A stretch of 64,000 bases of DNA from assembly GCA_020436935.1 (NCBI GenBank), contig JAGQWX010000018.1:19529-83528 (forward strand). Reading direction: 5' to 3'. Below the pieces are notes generated by a model. The model searched no databases and was not told the DNA's origin. It saw only the letters and a list, made by a program, of their open reading frames with translations. The translations under genes and the position numbers were made by a program. Positions within the stretch are counted from its first letter, which is position 1, and every line of letters begins with the position of its first letter. The DNA comes from Saprospiraceae bacterium (GTDB lineage: Bacteria; Bacteroidota; Bacteroidia; Chitinophagales; Saprospiraceae). This document shows positions 28,677 to 39,479 of this stretch, piece by piece.

Positions 28677-28696
28677 GATATATTTTTTTTCGTTGG

Positions 28697-29512
28697 TTAT
28701 TTAATGATTTGTAATTCGGTTCTTCGGTTTTGTTGCCTTCCGGCCTCAGTGTCATTGGATGATACCGGCTGACTCTCACCTGCGCTTGTTGCAGTGATTT
28801 GCGCTTCAGGCACTCCCTTGCTGATGAGGTAGGCTTTCACAATGTCTGCTCTGCGCTGTCCGAGGGCAGTATTGCTGGCTTCATCCCCAACATCGTCTGT
28901 GTGTCCGGTCAGCACCACTTTTTCACCGGAAGCAGTCACTCTTTCGGCTACATCATTGAGGTAAGATTCTACCTGGTCATCATTCAATTTATTTGTTGAG
29001 TTGAAAGGGAAGTAGATCAAAGTCTTATCTGCAATTTCTTTGACGTTTTCAGTATTGACCCTGTATTCAAATTCGCAGGCTTCAAACGGGTTTGTTTCGT
29101 TCGGAGCTGATGCCATCATTCTCGACATAAGCCTGACGCGTTCATCCGGAATTTCCGGAAATAGTTTTCTTGCGGCGTCTGCACGTGCAAGACCCAGGTT
29201 TTCAAATGTGGTGTTGTTGACCTCCGCCTCACCATAAAGTCCTGTAATTTCCAGGAGCTTATCAGCTCCCAGAGAAGCAAGAATGTCCTGTTTTCTCGCT
29301 GCCCAATCATCATTGGTAATAGCATCTCCGCTGGAATAGCGATACATCAGAGGCCCTGAAGCTGCACCTACAGCTGCGGGATCCGTCGTTACAGGCGCTA
29401 CACTTTCAGTAGATGTAGTTGCACTGCCTTCGCATTCTTTAGAGCATTGATGATAAAACCAACCGAGAATCAGCCATGCGATCACAAAGATTGCTGCTAA
29501 TAAATTTCTCAT
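28697..29512 (-). CDS. OmpA-family peptidoglycan-associated protein
   Basis: C-terminal OmpA domain (LTGHTDDVGDEASNTALGQRRADIVKAYL...NRRTELQI). Confidence 0.85.
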   Translation of the reverse strand: MRNLLAAIFVIAWLILGWFYHQCSKECEGSATTSTESVAPVTTDPAAVGAASGPLMYRYSSGDAITNDDWAARKQDILASLGADKLLEITGLYGEAEVNNTTFENLGLARADAARKLFPEIPDERVRLMSRMMASAPNETNPFEACEFEYRVNTENVKEIADKTLIYFPFNSTNKLNDDQVESYLNDVAERVTASGEKVVLTGHTDDVGDEASNTALGQRRADIVKAYLISKGVPEAQITATSAGESQPVSSNDTEAGRQQNRRTELQIIK

Positions 29513-29900
29513 CTGTATTTAATATGTGTTGGTTGGTGAATAAATATCTTGGAAATATAAAAAACTGCTGAGGTTATTCAAAATTATTTATAGGCAATAA
29601 TGGTCATCTTGTAATTTTTGATCTAATAATTAGACTTTTGGCTATTTAGCATTGGTTATTTGTTTTTTTTGAAAATGAAAATACCAGTTACTAAGTTTAC
29701 TTAAATTATCATTATTGCTTTTCAGTTTGGACGAGCATTCACAATAAATGTCACATAGGATCTTGGAAATTTTGTTTTTCCCAAACAACACACATCATAC
29801 TTATGCTAAACCATGCTTGTTTTAAAGTTTGCCAAAGTTGTCTTGAATATTTCTTTATGTTTGTTATCGGATTACTAGCAATAAAAATTACATTAAATCT

Positions 29901-30746
29901 ATGACCCAGGTTTTTCACAGCATTGAGCCGTTGGCCCAACTATTATATGAGCACATCAGTAAGGGCGAGGATGTAGCGTTTGTACCAACCATGGGCGCTT
30001 TGCACGAAGGACACGCTCTTTTGATGGAAGAAGCCAAAAAGCATCAACCGATTGTAGTGGCCAGCATATTTGTAAACCCGACTCAATTCAATGATAAAAA
30101 GGATCTTGAAAAATATCCGCGAACGCTTGAAAAGGATGTGGTAATTTGTAATGGTGCAGGTCTTGACTATCTATATGTTCCGGAAGTTTTTGAAATATAT
30201 CCACCCAGCCTCAATACTGAATTGAATCTTGATCTTGAGGGACTGGACAAGGTGATGGAAGGAGCTTTTAGGCCCGGACATTTTGATGGTGTCTGCCAGG
30301 TTGTAAAGAGATTGCTTGATCTGGTGCGCCCAACTCACCTGTACATGGGCCAGAAGGATTTTCAACAGTTTACGATCATAGATTTTATGATCAAAAAACT
30401 TGATATCCCTGTAAAATTGGTCGTTATTCCTACCTCCAGACAAAAATCTGGTCTTGCCAGATCTTCACGAAATGCAAGATTGAGTACCAAAGGCCGACAA
30501 AAAGCAGCCACCATTTATCGCACTTTAAAATCAATTGAAGAGAAAAAACATGAATTACCTGTGCCTGAATTGGAGTCATACGGCATGAAAAGGCTTAAAA
30601 AGGCCGGATTTGAACCCGAGTACGTCACCATTTCTGATGGAACCACCCTACAGCCATTGAAAGTTTTAGAGCCGGGTCAATATGCTGTTGTTTGTGTTGC
30701 TGCCTGGCTCGAGGGGGTTAGACTCATTGATAATCTTGTATTGTAA
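29901..30746 (+). CDS. panC: Pantoate--beta-alanine ligase
   Basis: FVPTMGALHEGHALL and SIFVNPTQFN signatures. Confidence 0.92.
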   Translation: MTQVFHSIEPLAQLLYEHISKGEDVAFVPTMGALHEGHALLMEEAKKHQPIVVASIFVNPTQFNDKKDLEKYPRTLEKDVVICNGAGLDYLYVPEVFEIYPPSLNTELNLDLEGLDKVMEGAFRPGHFDGVCQVVKRLLDLVRPTHLYMGQKDFQQFTIIDFMIKKLDIPVKLVVIPTSRQKSGLARSSRNARLSTKGRQKAATIYRTLKSIEEKKHELPVPELESYGMKRLKKAGFEPEYVTISDGTTLQPLKVLEPGQYAVVCVAAWLEGVRLIDNLVL

Positions 30747-30751
30747 AACAA

Positions 30752-31687
30752 ATGAAAGACATTCAACTCGCTGCTGTTGATATAGGTTCAAATGCGATAA
30801 GACTACAAATTGTGCGCCCTATTCTCGAGGGACAACGCGTGGCCTTCAAGAAGACAGAGTTTTTGCGTTTCCCATTGAGACTTGGACAGGATGTGTTCAA
30901 AAGGGGAAGGATTTCTGACAGCACTGCGGCAAGATTCATCAAGTTGATGACTGCTTTCAAATACCTGATTGATTTGTACGAAGTGAGTGATCATATCGCA
31001 GTGGCAACATCGGCCATGCGGGAGGCACAGAATGGCATGGAACTCGTTGCTGCGGTAGAAGAAAAGTGTGGTCTCAAAATTCAGATCATAGAAGGAGGAC
31101 TGGAAGCGGAGATATTGAGCAAAGCCATCATCCCTGTCATCGATAGTGGTAAGTTTGTGCACATAGACGTGGGAGGTGGTAGCACCGAGCTCAACATTTA
31201 TGCCGGCAAGTTGCGCATTGCTTCACGATCGTTCAATATGGGTTCTGTCCGTAAGCTCAGCAGTGAGGTCAAGGCGGCTACATTTGATGAGATGAAGACA
31301 TGGTACCATGAACAGGAACTTGTAGATGATGGTTCGCCTGTCAGCGCAATCGGGACAGGAGGCAACATCAACAAGCTGTACTCTCTGGCCAAAATAAAAG
31401 GAGAAAGTGTCATGAGCATTTTTGAAATGGAAGCAATCAGGGCTTACATTTCAGCATACAATGTGGATCAAAGGGTGTCACAACTGATGATGAACCCGGA
31501 CAGGGCTGACGTCATCTTGCCGGCCTCAGAAATCTACATGAAAGTCATGAAAATCATTGGTGCCACCAATATGTACGTCCCTGGTGTAGGACTAAAAGAT
31601 GGCCTGATTTATAATTTATATGAAAAAGCAACCGGCACACCTCTGAGCGATGTGAGGTTTGTCGATCAGATGTATATGGAACATTGA
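30752..31687 (+). CDS. ppx: Ppx/GppA-family exopolyphosphatase/guanosine pentaphosphatase-like phosphatase
   Basis: AAVDIGSNAIRLQI N-terminal actin-like ATPase motif; ~310 aa. Confidence 0.8.
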   Translation: MKDIQLAAVDIGSNAIRLQIVRPILEGQRVAFKKTEFLRFPLRLGQDVFKRGRISDSTAARFIKLMTAFKYLIDLYEVSDHIAVATSAMREAQNGMELVAAVEEKCGLKIQIIEGGLEAEILSKAIIPVIDSGKFVHIDVGGGSTELNIYAGKLRIASRSFNMGSVRKLSSEVKAATFDEMKTWYHEQELVDDGSPVSAIGTGGNINKLYSLAKIKGESVMSIFEMEAIRAYISAYNVDQRVSQLMMNPDRADVILPASEIYMKVMKIIGATNMYVPGVGLKDGLIYNLYEKATGTPLSDVRFVDQMYMEH

Positions 31688-31711
31688 TTGCATTTTCCTG
31701 TTTTCAATAGA

Positions 31712-32065
31712 TTACATTCTCTCGCCTTTGATGAGCCATACCTCTCTAATCGAGGCTTCTTTGAGATGGACCCATTTTTTTCGTTCTTCATCCTTAAAAA
31801 AGTCATCAATTTGATGCTGATGGTCAAATGAAACCAAATGAATTTCATACGGCGTTTCCATAATGCCCTCAATGACATTGTCCTTGTCCACCTTTGTTCT
31901 GAGCAAAAGTTTCCCTCCATATTTAGCAATAATAGGGATAGCGTGGCTTTCAAATTCATTAAAAACAGCTTCAGACCCTGGATGTATATAAATCAGCTGG
32001 GTAATTAAAATCATGATCGATCCTAAATTTTCAAGCAAAGTAGGGTGAACTTTTAAATCTGCCAT
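31712..32065 (-). CDS. Small conserved hypothetical protein (DUF1330-like)
   Basis: 117 aa, no motif; the family call is from memory only. Confidence 0.5.
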   Translation of the reverse strand: MADLKVHPTLLENLGSIMILITQLIYIHPGSEAVFNEFESHAIPIIAKYGGKLLLRTKVDKDNVIEGIMETPYEIHLVSFDHQHQIDDFFKDEERKKWVHLKEASIREVWLIKGERM

Positions 32066-32203
32066 GCCATTGGATTATAAAATTGTGTGATGAGGCGGAG
32101 ATATTTTCTATAATTATCTTTTTGGATTGCGTACAGCAATTAGAATTTCATTAGTTACTTACAATCATTGGTCAATATGACACTAAAATGAAAGTCATGT
32201 TTG

Positions 32204-32368
32204 TACTCGTCAGAAAATGGATTGTTCTTTTAAAATGCGCAAGCAAAAATCCAAAGTTCAAGGCATTAAACGCAGACGGAGTGGAGGCTCCGGCGAGGCT
32301 TAATAACGCAGAAATTTGTATTTTTGATAACAGATTAATGGACAAATCTATTTCTGACGAGTATATAG
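32204..32368. repeat. MITE-like intergenic element, copy B (inverted relative to copy A), immediately upstream of hemE
   Basis: 13-bp perfect terminal inverted repeats tactcgtcagaaa (32204-32216) and tttctgacgagta (32353-32365). The core is the reverse complement of 24162-24269. Confidence 0.6.
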
Positions 32369-32414
32369 CAAAAGCCAATAAAATATATCTTTGCGCCCTC
32401 ATAAAAACAGAAGC

Positions 32415-33443
32415 ATGCTTCAAAACGATATTTTCTTAAAAGTACTAAAGGGCGAAAGCGTAGAAAGGCCGCCGGTTTGGCTGATGCGTCAGGCAGGAAG
32501 GATTCTCCCCCAATATAGAGCAGTAAGAGAAAGCCTTAGCGGTTTTGTCGAGTTGGTCAAAAGCCCTGACCTTGTCGCTGAAGTTACTGTACAGCCTGTA
32601 GATGAACTGGGCGTTGATGCTGCTATCTTGTTTTCTGACATACTCGTTATACCTGAAGCCATGGGTCTGCCCTATGAACTGATTGAAAAAAAGGGACCGT
32701 TTTTTCCGAAAACCATCCACCAATCAGCTGATATAGCGAACCTTATTTCCGGCGAAGAAGCCGCGGCAAAATTGGATTATGTATACGATGGTATTGATGC
32801 TACAGTGGCAAAGCTCGAGTCAAGAGTGCCGCTCATTGGATTTGCAGGGGCACCTTTCACATTACTTTGCTATATGGTTGAAGGAAAAGGAAGCAAAACA
32901 TTTTCACAGGCAAAGAAGTTTTTATATGCTCAACCAGAAGATGCACATTTGCTCCTACAGAAATTGACCGATACCATCATTGTCTATCTCAAGACCAAAG
33001 TAGCACATGGTGTCAATGCCGTTCAGGTATTTGATTCCTGGGCCGGCTCGCTTGATAAAAAAACATACAATGAGTTTTGTATCCCATATCTGAAACAGAT
33101 CAATGATGCCATTTTGCCTCTTGTTCCGGTAATTCTTTTTTCAAAAGGCGCATGGTTTTCACTGGCAGAGCTGGACCAGATTGGCAGTACTGCACTGGGG
33201 ATTGACTGGAATATGGACCCACAATTCGTGCGAAATATCACCGGTCCGGACAAAGTTTTGCAAGGCAATCTTGACCCTTGCGTTTTGTATGGTGATGCTG
33301 ATTTTATCAGAGCTGAAGCCATCGATATGATGAAGGCATTTGGTAAAAATCACATTGTCAATCTCGGACATGGAGTATACCCCGATACCCCTCTTGACGG
33401 AGTCAAGGCATTTGTAGATACAGTAAAAGCATTCCGGTACTAA
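32415..33443 (+). CDS. hemE: Uroporphyrinogen decarboxylase
   Basis: PPVWLMRQAGRILPQY signature. Start taken at the ATG (MLQNDIF); the track ORF begins at an upstream TTG. Confidence 0.93.
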   Translation: MLQNDIFLKVLKGESVERPPVWLMRQAGRILPQYRAVRESLSGFVELVKSPDLVAEVTVQPVDELGVDAAILFSDILVIPEAMGLPYELIEKKGPFFPKTIHQSADIANLISGEEAAAKLDYVYDGIDATVAKLESRVPLIGFAGAPFTLLCYMVEGKGSKTFSQAKKFLYAQPEDAHLLLQKLTDTIIVYLKTKVAHGVNAVQVFDSWAGSLDKKTYNEFCIPYLKQINDAILPLVPVILFSKGAWFSLAELDQIGSTALGIDWNMDPQFVRNITGPDKVLQGNLDPCVLYGDADFIRAEAIDMMKAFGKNHIVNLGHGVYPDTPLDGVKAFVDTVKAFRY

Positions 33444-33528
33444 TCATTGCTTTTGTTGTACATTTGATTAATTGGATTATTTTTGTGGGGACCCTTACTC
33501 ACAAAGCAATAAAGCAAACATCAATTGA

Positions 33529-34437
33529 ATGAGTTGGTTTAAAAGATTAAAAGACGGTATACAAACAGCCACAAAGTCAAAAAAGGAAACTCCCGACGGA
33601 CTGTGGCACAAGTGCGAATCTTGTGGAGAACTATCCACTTTTAAGGACTTGAAGGAAAACTTGTACGTCTGTCCAAAGTGTGACTATCACGTAAGAATAG
33701 GTTCACAGGAGTATTTTGAAATCATCTTCGACGGAAAATTCACCAGACTTTTCGATGAAGTAGTTTCGACAGACATGCTTGAATTCAATGACCTGAAGTC
33801 ATACATAAAGCGACTTGAGGAAGCTTATAAAAAAACCGATGCCAAGGATGCTATCTCGGTAGCTTCAGGAAAGATAAAAAATAGAGGCATTACAGTCTGT
33901 GCCATGGACTTTACCTTCATTGGAGGGTCGATGGGCAGTGTTGTGGGTGAAAAGATTGCCAGAGCCATTGATTATTGTATCGAACATACGACACCTTTGC
34001 TCATTATCAGTAAATCGGGAGGAGCAAGGATGATGGAATCTGCTTTTTCGTTGATGCAAATGGCGAAAACCTCAGCAAAACTGACGATGTTGGCCAAGGC
34101 CAGAATTCCATACATTTCATTGATGACAGACCCTACAACGGGTGGAGTTACGGCGTCTTTTGCGATGTTGGGAGATATCAATATTGCAGAGCCAAAGGCT
34201 TTGATTGGTTTTGCTGGCCCAAGAGTCATCAAAGAAACCATTAAAAAAGACCTTCCCGAAGGATTCCAAACTGCAGAATACCTGCTTGACCACGGCTTTC
34301 TAGACTTTATCGTACATCGAAAGGAATTGAGACAGCGTCTCGACGAACTCCTATTGTTATTTTCAGATATCGATTACGATGAACAATTGGCCGAAGAGCC
34401 TCATGCTGAAGACGAAGTAGCAAGTGAAAAAAATTAA
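33529..34437 (+). CDS. accD: Acetyl-CoA carboxylase carboxyltransferase beta subunit
   Basis: N-terminal Zn ribbon CESCGEL...CPKCDYH. Carboxyltransferase domain. Confidence 0.93.
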   Translation: MSWFKRLKDGIQTATKSKKETPDGLWHKCESCGELSTFKDLKENLYVCPKCDYHVRIGSQEYFEIIFDGKFTRLFDEVVSTDMLEFNDLKSYIKRLEEAYKKTDAKDAISVASGKIKNRGITVCAMDFTFIGGSMGSVVGEKIARAIDYCIEHTTPLLIISKSGGARMMESAFSLMQMAKTSAKLTMLAKARIPYISLMTDPTTGGVTASFAMLGDINIAEPKALIGFAGPRVIKETIKKDLPEGFQTAEYLLDHGFLDFIVHRKELRQRLDELLLLFSDIDYDEQLAEEPHAEDEVASEKN

Positions 34438-35047
34438 AAACATCGTATTTGATTTTGGAGGCGTATTGCTCGACCTTGATATTGAGCGATCTTTCATCGA
34501 ATTGGCAATGGTACTGGATATGGATACCAACGATCTCCAAATCCTGGTTGACAAAATGATGCCTTACCTGAGCAGATACGAGAAGGGAGAAATCAATAGC
34601 GAAACCTTTATTTGGCACGTTCAAAAGCTAAGTGCAAAACAGGTAGACCCCCGTGAACTCATAGAAGCCTGGAATGCCATGCTTTTGGGATGGAATCCTG
34701 TGAAGCTGCAACAGTTGGAAGAACTTTCTTCAAAATTCAATCTTTATCTTTTCTCCAATACCAATGAATTGCACATGCAGTGGGTGCTAAAGGATTTGAA
34801 ATTGAACCATGGCATCACTGATTTTGATCAGCGATTTTTCAAAAAAGCATATTATTCATACAAAGTGGGTAAGAGGAAGCCGGATGCAGAAACCTATCAG
34901 TTCATTCTCGATAATGCCGGCATACTTGGAGAAGAATCCATGTTTATTGATGATACAGAGCAAAATGCAATTGCAGCGGGAGAAGCTGGTTTTCAGGCTG
35001 TTCACCATCCAACCAATGCAGGATTGGAATTTTTATTTGAGCTATAA
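34424..35047 (+). CDS. HAD-superfamily hydrolase (subfamily IA-like)
   Basis: [13 protein letters not shown] motif I; HAD fold length. Confidence 0.75.
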   Translation: MKKIKNIVFDFGGVLLDLDIERSFIELAMVLDMDTNDLQILVDKMMPYLSRYEKGEINSETFIWHVQKLSAKQVDPRELIEAWNAMLLGWNPVKLQQLEELSSKFNLYLFSNTNELHMQWVLKDLKLNHGITDFDQRFFKKAYYSYKVGKRKPDAETYQFILDNAGILGEESMFIDDTEQNAIAAGEAGFQAVHHPTNAGLEFLFEL

Positions 35048-38000
35048 CTCTTCGTCGAGTAGCACTTCATTTTCTGCGAGAAGATCGGTCCTCATCAAAG
35101 GGATTTCCAGATAAAAAGTGGTCCCTTCTCCTTGTACAGAGTCAAAGTAAATGCGTCCGCCCATTGTTTCCAACATATTGGCAGTAATGGCCAACCCAAG
35201 TCCGGTACCCGAGCTCTTTGTGGTGAAATTTGGAGTAAATACTTTATCCTTCATTTCTTCTGCAATGCCCGAGCCGTTGTCAGTGACCCTGATTTTAGCT
35301 ATGTCTTTTTCCTTAGTCAGTTCCAGTACAATATGACCACGCTTGTCTTCAGGAATGGATTGGACAGCATTTTTGAGGATATTGTTGAGGATCCGCACCA
35401 AATGATTTCTGTCTGCGAAAACATATATCTCATTCATGGGCTCGATCAGGTCCACATCCATATCATCTCTTTTTCTGAACAAATCATGGACGTGCTCAAC
35501 CACCTCATTCAAAATGATTTTTTCATTTACTGTTTTTGGCATTGCGGCAAAATTGGAGAAAGAATTGGCAATGTGAGAAAGGTTGTTGATCTGCTCCATC
35601 AATGTTCCTGAGATTTTTTGAATCATCTTTTTGGCATTCTCAGGGTCTGAACTCGCAGCACGTTCCAGGTATTGGAGACTCAACTTCATTGGAGTCAGAG
35701 GGTTTTTGATTTCATGCGCAACTTGCTTTGCCATTTCCCTCCAGGCCATTTCCCTTTCTGTTTTGGCGATGATTTCGGCGCTTTTGTTGATTTCTTCTGT
35801 AAGCTTGTTGTATTCGTGGATGAGGTCTCCAATTTCATCTGAACTTGCCCAGCTCAGCTTGTTGTATGTTTTTCCCAGCTTAAACTGGCTGAGGCTTTCT
35901 CTCAGCTTGATCAGTGGCTTGGTGATGGAATTTGAGATACCCAAAGATATTGCAATGGCCAACAAAAACAGAAATATGTAAACGTTGAGCAGGGTGCCAA
36001 CATAGTTTTTGAGTTCTCCTGTAGATGATGCTGTTGATTTGTGGAATGTAATATAAGCGAACGGGTCTTTATTGCCCTTATACATAGGGATGAGGACCTC
36101 GTCATCGGTAAGGTTGTAAGACTTTACTCCGAGATTGTCCTTGTTGTTGTTGAGACTCTTGATTTGTTTCATGACGTACTGAGGTAACCTCGAGCGGTAT
36201 GCCCCTGTATTTCGTGCAGATGCCAATTGACCTTCACTGTTATATAGCGCCAGCCTTTTGCCATAAATAGCATTGATTTCGTCAAATTCATTCAGGATGA
36301 GGAAGTATGCTCCGGTTTTTGTAGGTACCTCTCTGGTCCTGAGGTTGATGTCGAGAGCCAGCGCATTACTCCTTTGGTCAAATTGTTCCAAATTTTTCTG
36401 GACATTGACATTGTTGAAATATACAGCGGTAATAACACCAATTACGGTGAAAGAAAAAACAATCAAGCCGATCACACTTAACTGGAGCCGCAACCTGAGT
36501 GAATTTTTTTCACTGATGCGCAGCCCATATTCGTTGGGTAGGAATTCTCTTAAAGAATTGAGTACAGTAAGCCCACCCAAAAAACTGAGCATTAATATAA
36601 AAATCAAAGAGAAAAGCGATATAGGTTTGAGTAGACCATCTTCCGGAATGAATGATGCGACCTGAAATGTATTGTCGATGGAATAGGTATAAAACTTATA
36701 ATTGTAGATGGAGGTATCCCGGCTGATGTAATCCGGGATCTCAGATTTGATGTAATCTATACCATTACCGCCTATCAACTTTTTGTCTTTGAAGAAGAGG
36801 TAATTGCCGCTGTACGGTTTCAACTCAGTGTTGTGAAATTTCAAAATCATGTGCACTGAGTCAGTAATGGGCTTATACCAGATAAAATTGGGTGGTGTTG
36901 GTTTGTAATAGAGGTTGTTTCCAACGAGTTTACTGTTGTTGATTTCTTCTCTTGAAGCCTCTATATCACTGGAATGATTGTTGAATAAGTTTTTTCCTTC
37001 CTGATCAAAAAGCTCTATATCAGTGAGTTTTTGGTTGCCAACTGTCCCATCTTTGGTTGACCCTATGATAGAGTAGATATAGGACTGAAAGTCAAAATAG
37101 TCATAGAACTGGTCCGATGATCTGTAGGCAAGCTGTTTGAGAAGATTGCTGAGCTCAAGGGTATAACTGGTGATTTTGATCTTGCTCAGGTCATCTTGTG
37201 ACAACTTATAAAAGCTGTCCTCCAGTTTATTTTTCTCGTTTTTGATGGTGCTGTATATAGCTCCCTTATAGGTGGAGAAAGTGAGAAACACCGAGTGAAA
37301 AACAACCCACCAAACAAAAAAACTGAGGTGTCGGTATTCCCTGTCCTGGAATACATCAAAGCTGAGCAGAAAGATCAGAATGAAGACAGCCAGTGTGAGC
37401 AAAACTATATTGTCAAGAGAGAAGAAATACATGCCACAGACGACCACAATCGTCACGAGGTAAATCAACATCTTTTTTGCAAAAGGGAAGGGACCACTGG
37501 TATTCCAAAAAAATAAATTGACCAGATAAAAATTGATAAAACAGTATCCTATCAGTACGATGGTAAAAAGCAATTCGTTGAGACCGCCCCCAAGAGGAGA
37601 ATTAATGGCAAAATCAAGGTGGCCAAGGTTTATGAAATTTTTGCTCTGATAAAAAATAAAGAAAAATATGATGGCTGTAGTACTTGCACCAAGTATCTGT
37701 CTTAAGGTAGGATTGCTTCTGTGAAGTCGTTCTACAAAATATGGATGGAGCGTCACTAAAATAATGTAAATGACAAATACCAAATCGGCTATCAGATCTA
37801 TCAGACTTAATTTGCCAAAAAAGTTGAGATACTTGACTTGATAGGCAGTCATTTCTTCCAAAAGAAAGGGGTTGATCCACAGTTTAAAGATGGCCCAGAA
37901 TATGCCTATCCCTGTCAGATAAAATAGGATGATCAGGCGCTGTTCACCCTCCTTCAAACCAAGAATTAGAGATCTCCATAAAGAAAGCAATCCAATTATT

Positions 38001-38548
38001 CCCAGAAGCCAAATGCATAATACACCCAACTGAATGTAAGAAGACACGGACTTAGCTGATTTTGAAATGGGCAGCGTTGCGGACAACACCTTGATATATC
38101 CATCAGGTGATTTTACTGCTGTCTTATATTTGGAGATGCCTTCCTGAATATAATCTCCCGTTGGTTTTATCAAACCGAGCTCTTCGTCTTCAAGCAATAC
38201 GAAATCACAAACCAGTTGTTCGTTTCTTATCTTTGAGTTGAAAACAATGTTAAGATTTGAATGATTTTTGATCTCCCTTTTATCATTCCAGTAAACTATG
38301 GAGTCGTTCTGGAAAATTTCAATCCGGTAGGCATTATTTTCAAGAATATCAAAATTTCTGGTGCGTAATGCCTCATTGATGAGGTCCAAATCGGTCTGGA
38401 GCCTGACCGATAGTTCAGTGAGGCTATTTACATCTTTATGTTGGTAATATTTTTTGATAGAAATCAATCCTATCAAAGCCAAAACAAAAAAGATGTTGAG
38501 GATTCTTACAAAATTCTTATTCAAGACCGTGCTTATTGCAATGAACAC
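35042..38548 (-). CDS. Large (1168 aa) multi-transmembrane sensor histidine kinase with no adjacent response regulator
   Basis: About ten predicted TM helices and two extracytoplasmic regions. HisKA H-box (VAHEIKNPLTPMKLSLQYL). HATPase_c (VTDNGSGIAEEMKDKVFTPNFTTKSSGTGLGLAI). Confidence 0.8.
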   Translation of the reverse strand: MFIAISTVLNKNFVRILNIFFVLALIGLISIKKYYQHKDVNSLTELSVRLQTDLDLINEALRTRNFDILENNAYRIEIFQNDSIVYWNDKREIKNHSNLNIVFNSKIRNEQLVCDFVLLEDEELGLIKPTGDYIQEGISKYKTAVKSPDGYIKVLSATLPISKSAKSVSSYIQLGVLCIWLLGIIGLLSLWRSLILGLKEGEQRLIILFYLTGIGIFWAIFKLWINPFLLEEMTAYQVKYLNFFGKLSLIDLIADLVFVIYIILVTLHPYFVERLHRSNPTLRQILGASTTAIIFFFIFYQSKNFINLGHLDFAINSPLGGGLNELLFTIVLIGYCFINFYLVNLFFWNTSGPFPFAKKMLIYLVTIVVVCGMYFFSLDNIVLLTLAVFILIFLLSFDVFQDREYRHLSFFVWWVVFHSVFLTFSTYKGAIYSTIKNEKNKLEDSFYKLSQDDLSKIKITSYTLELSNLLKQLAYRSSDQFYDYFDFQSYIYSIIGSTKDGTVGNQKLTDIELFDQEGKNLFNNHSSDIEASREEINNSKLVGNNLYYKPTPPNFIWYKPITDSVHMILKFHNTELKPYSGNYLFFKDKKLIGGNGIDYIKSEIPDYISRDTSIYNYKFYTYSIDNTFQVASFIPEDGLLKPISLFSLIFILMLSFLGGLTVLNSLREFLPNEYGLRISEKNSLRLRLQLSVIGLIVFSFTVIGVITAVYFNNVNVQKNLEQFDQRSNALALDINLRTREVPTKTGAYFLILNEFDEINAIYGKRLALYNSEGQLASARNTGAYRSRLPQYVMKQIKSLNNNKDNLGVKSYNLTDDEVLIPMYKGNKDPFAYITFHKSTASSTGELKNYVGTLLNVYIFLFLLAIAISLGISNSITKPLIKLRESLSQFKLGKTYNKLSWASSDEIGDLIHEYNKLTEEINKSAEIIAKTEREMAWREMAKQVAHEIKNPLTPMKLSLQYLERAASSDPENAKKMIQKISGTLMEQINNLSHIANSFSNFAAMPKTVNEKIILNEVVEHVHDLFRKRDDMDVDLIEPMNEIYVFADRNHLVRILNNILKNAVQSIPEDKRGHIVLELTKEKDIAKIRVTDNGSGIAEEMKDKVFTPNFTTKSSGTGLGLAITANMLETMGGRIYFDSVQGEGTTFYLEIPLMRTDLLAENEVLLDEEL

Positions 38549-38683
38549 AAAGTAAATAAATTAAAATTAATTTACATATGATTTTCTCTGGTATTCTTTA
38601 ATTTATGAGCATGTTTGCCGCAAGAAGGTACAAAAAAAGAAATCGATAAGTGAGGGGGTATTCAAAGCTATATGTAAAAAATG

Positions 38684-38720
38684 AAAAAGGTGGAGCCTTC
38701 ATGAAAGACCCCACCCTTTT
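38684..38720 (-). terminator. Hairpin plus T-tract downstream of the 38741..39244 gene
   Basis: On the minus strand, a gggtgg...ccacc stem followed by ttttt. Confidence 0.4.
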
Positions 38721-38740
38721 GTAATCTATTGTTTTGATGA

Positions 38741-39244
38741 TCAGTTGAGTATTTTCACTCCACTGGCCATAAACTTCAATTCAACTTTTGGCTCAGTTAT
38801 TTTTGCGATTTCCGCTGGGGATTTTCCCTCATCTTCAGCAAAATGCTTCAATTCTTCGACACTTGTCATGGCCTTATAAGCATTGCCTTTCATCACAATT
38901 TTTCCACCGCCCAAATCCTTTGGCATGAAAAATCCGTAATCTTTAAATTGGACAAACATTTCAGGTGCATTGCTGTCTTTCTCAGAAACAACATTCATCC
39001 AGCAACCTTTCATTTGGCAAACTGCAGCAACCTTGCCTTCCACTACAATATCGTTCATCTTTTCTTTGCCTTCCATTTTCATCAGGAGGTCATCGTAAGA
39101 AACAATTTTTTTAGCATTGAAATCTTCTCCAATGCTGGACTTTACATTTTGTTCACTGAGTGATACATTGCTGGTCTTACAAGCAATCACAGACAGCAGG
39201 CACACTGCTGATACTACATAAAAAAGATTCTTCATTGATCGCAT
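38741..39244 (-). CDS. Small lipoprotein (DUF4920-like) with a conserved CxMKGCWM motif
   Basis: Lipobox LLSVIACK. AAVCQMKGCWMN. 167 aa. The family name is from memory, with moderate certainty. Confidence 0.55.
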   Translation of the reverse strand: MRSMKNLFYVVSAVCLLSVIACKTSNVSLSEQNVKSSIGEDFNAKKIVSYDDLLMKMEGKEKMNDIVVEGKVAAVCQMKGCWMNVVSEKDSNAPEMFVQFKDYGFFMPKDLGGGKIVMKGNAYKAMTSVEELKHFAEDEGKSPAEIAKITEPKVELKFMASGVKILN

Positions 39245-39479
39245 AGTTCAAAAATTTGAAATTATTTGGTTGAAATTATTTTGCAAACTTAGGCGATTGC
39301 AGCAAATGAAACAATAATTTTTTCTAATCTCAGTTATAAAAACAATACAGTGGACATACGTGTTTTCAACAGGATCATTCAATAACAGATCCGATTACCA
39401 CCATATTTTTAATACCACCATATTATTATTAGCGCATAAGTAAAGTTTTACCTCTCCTGTTTTATCGAAAAAATGATCA

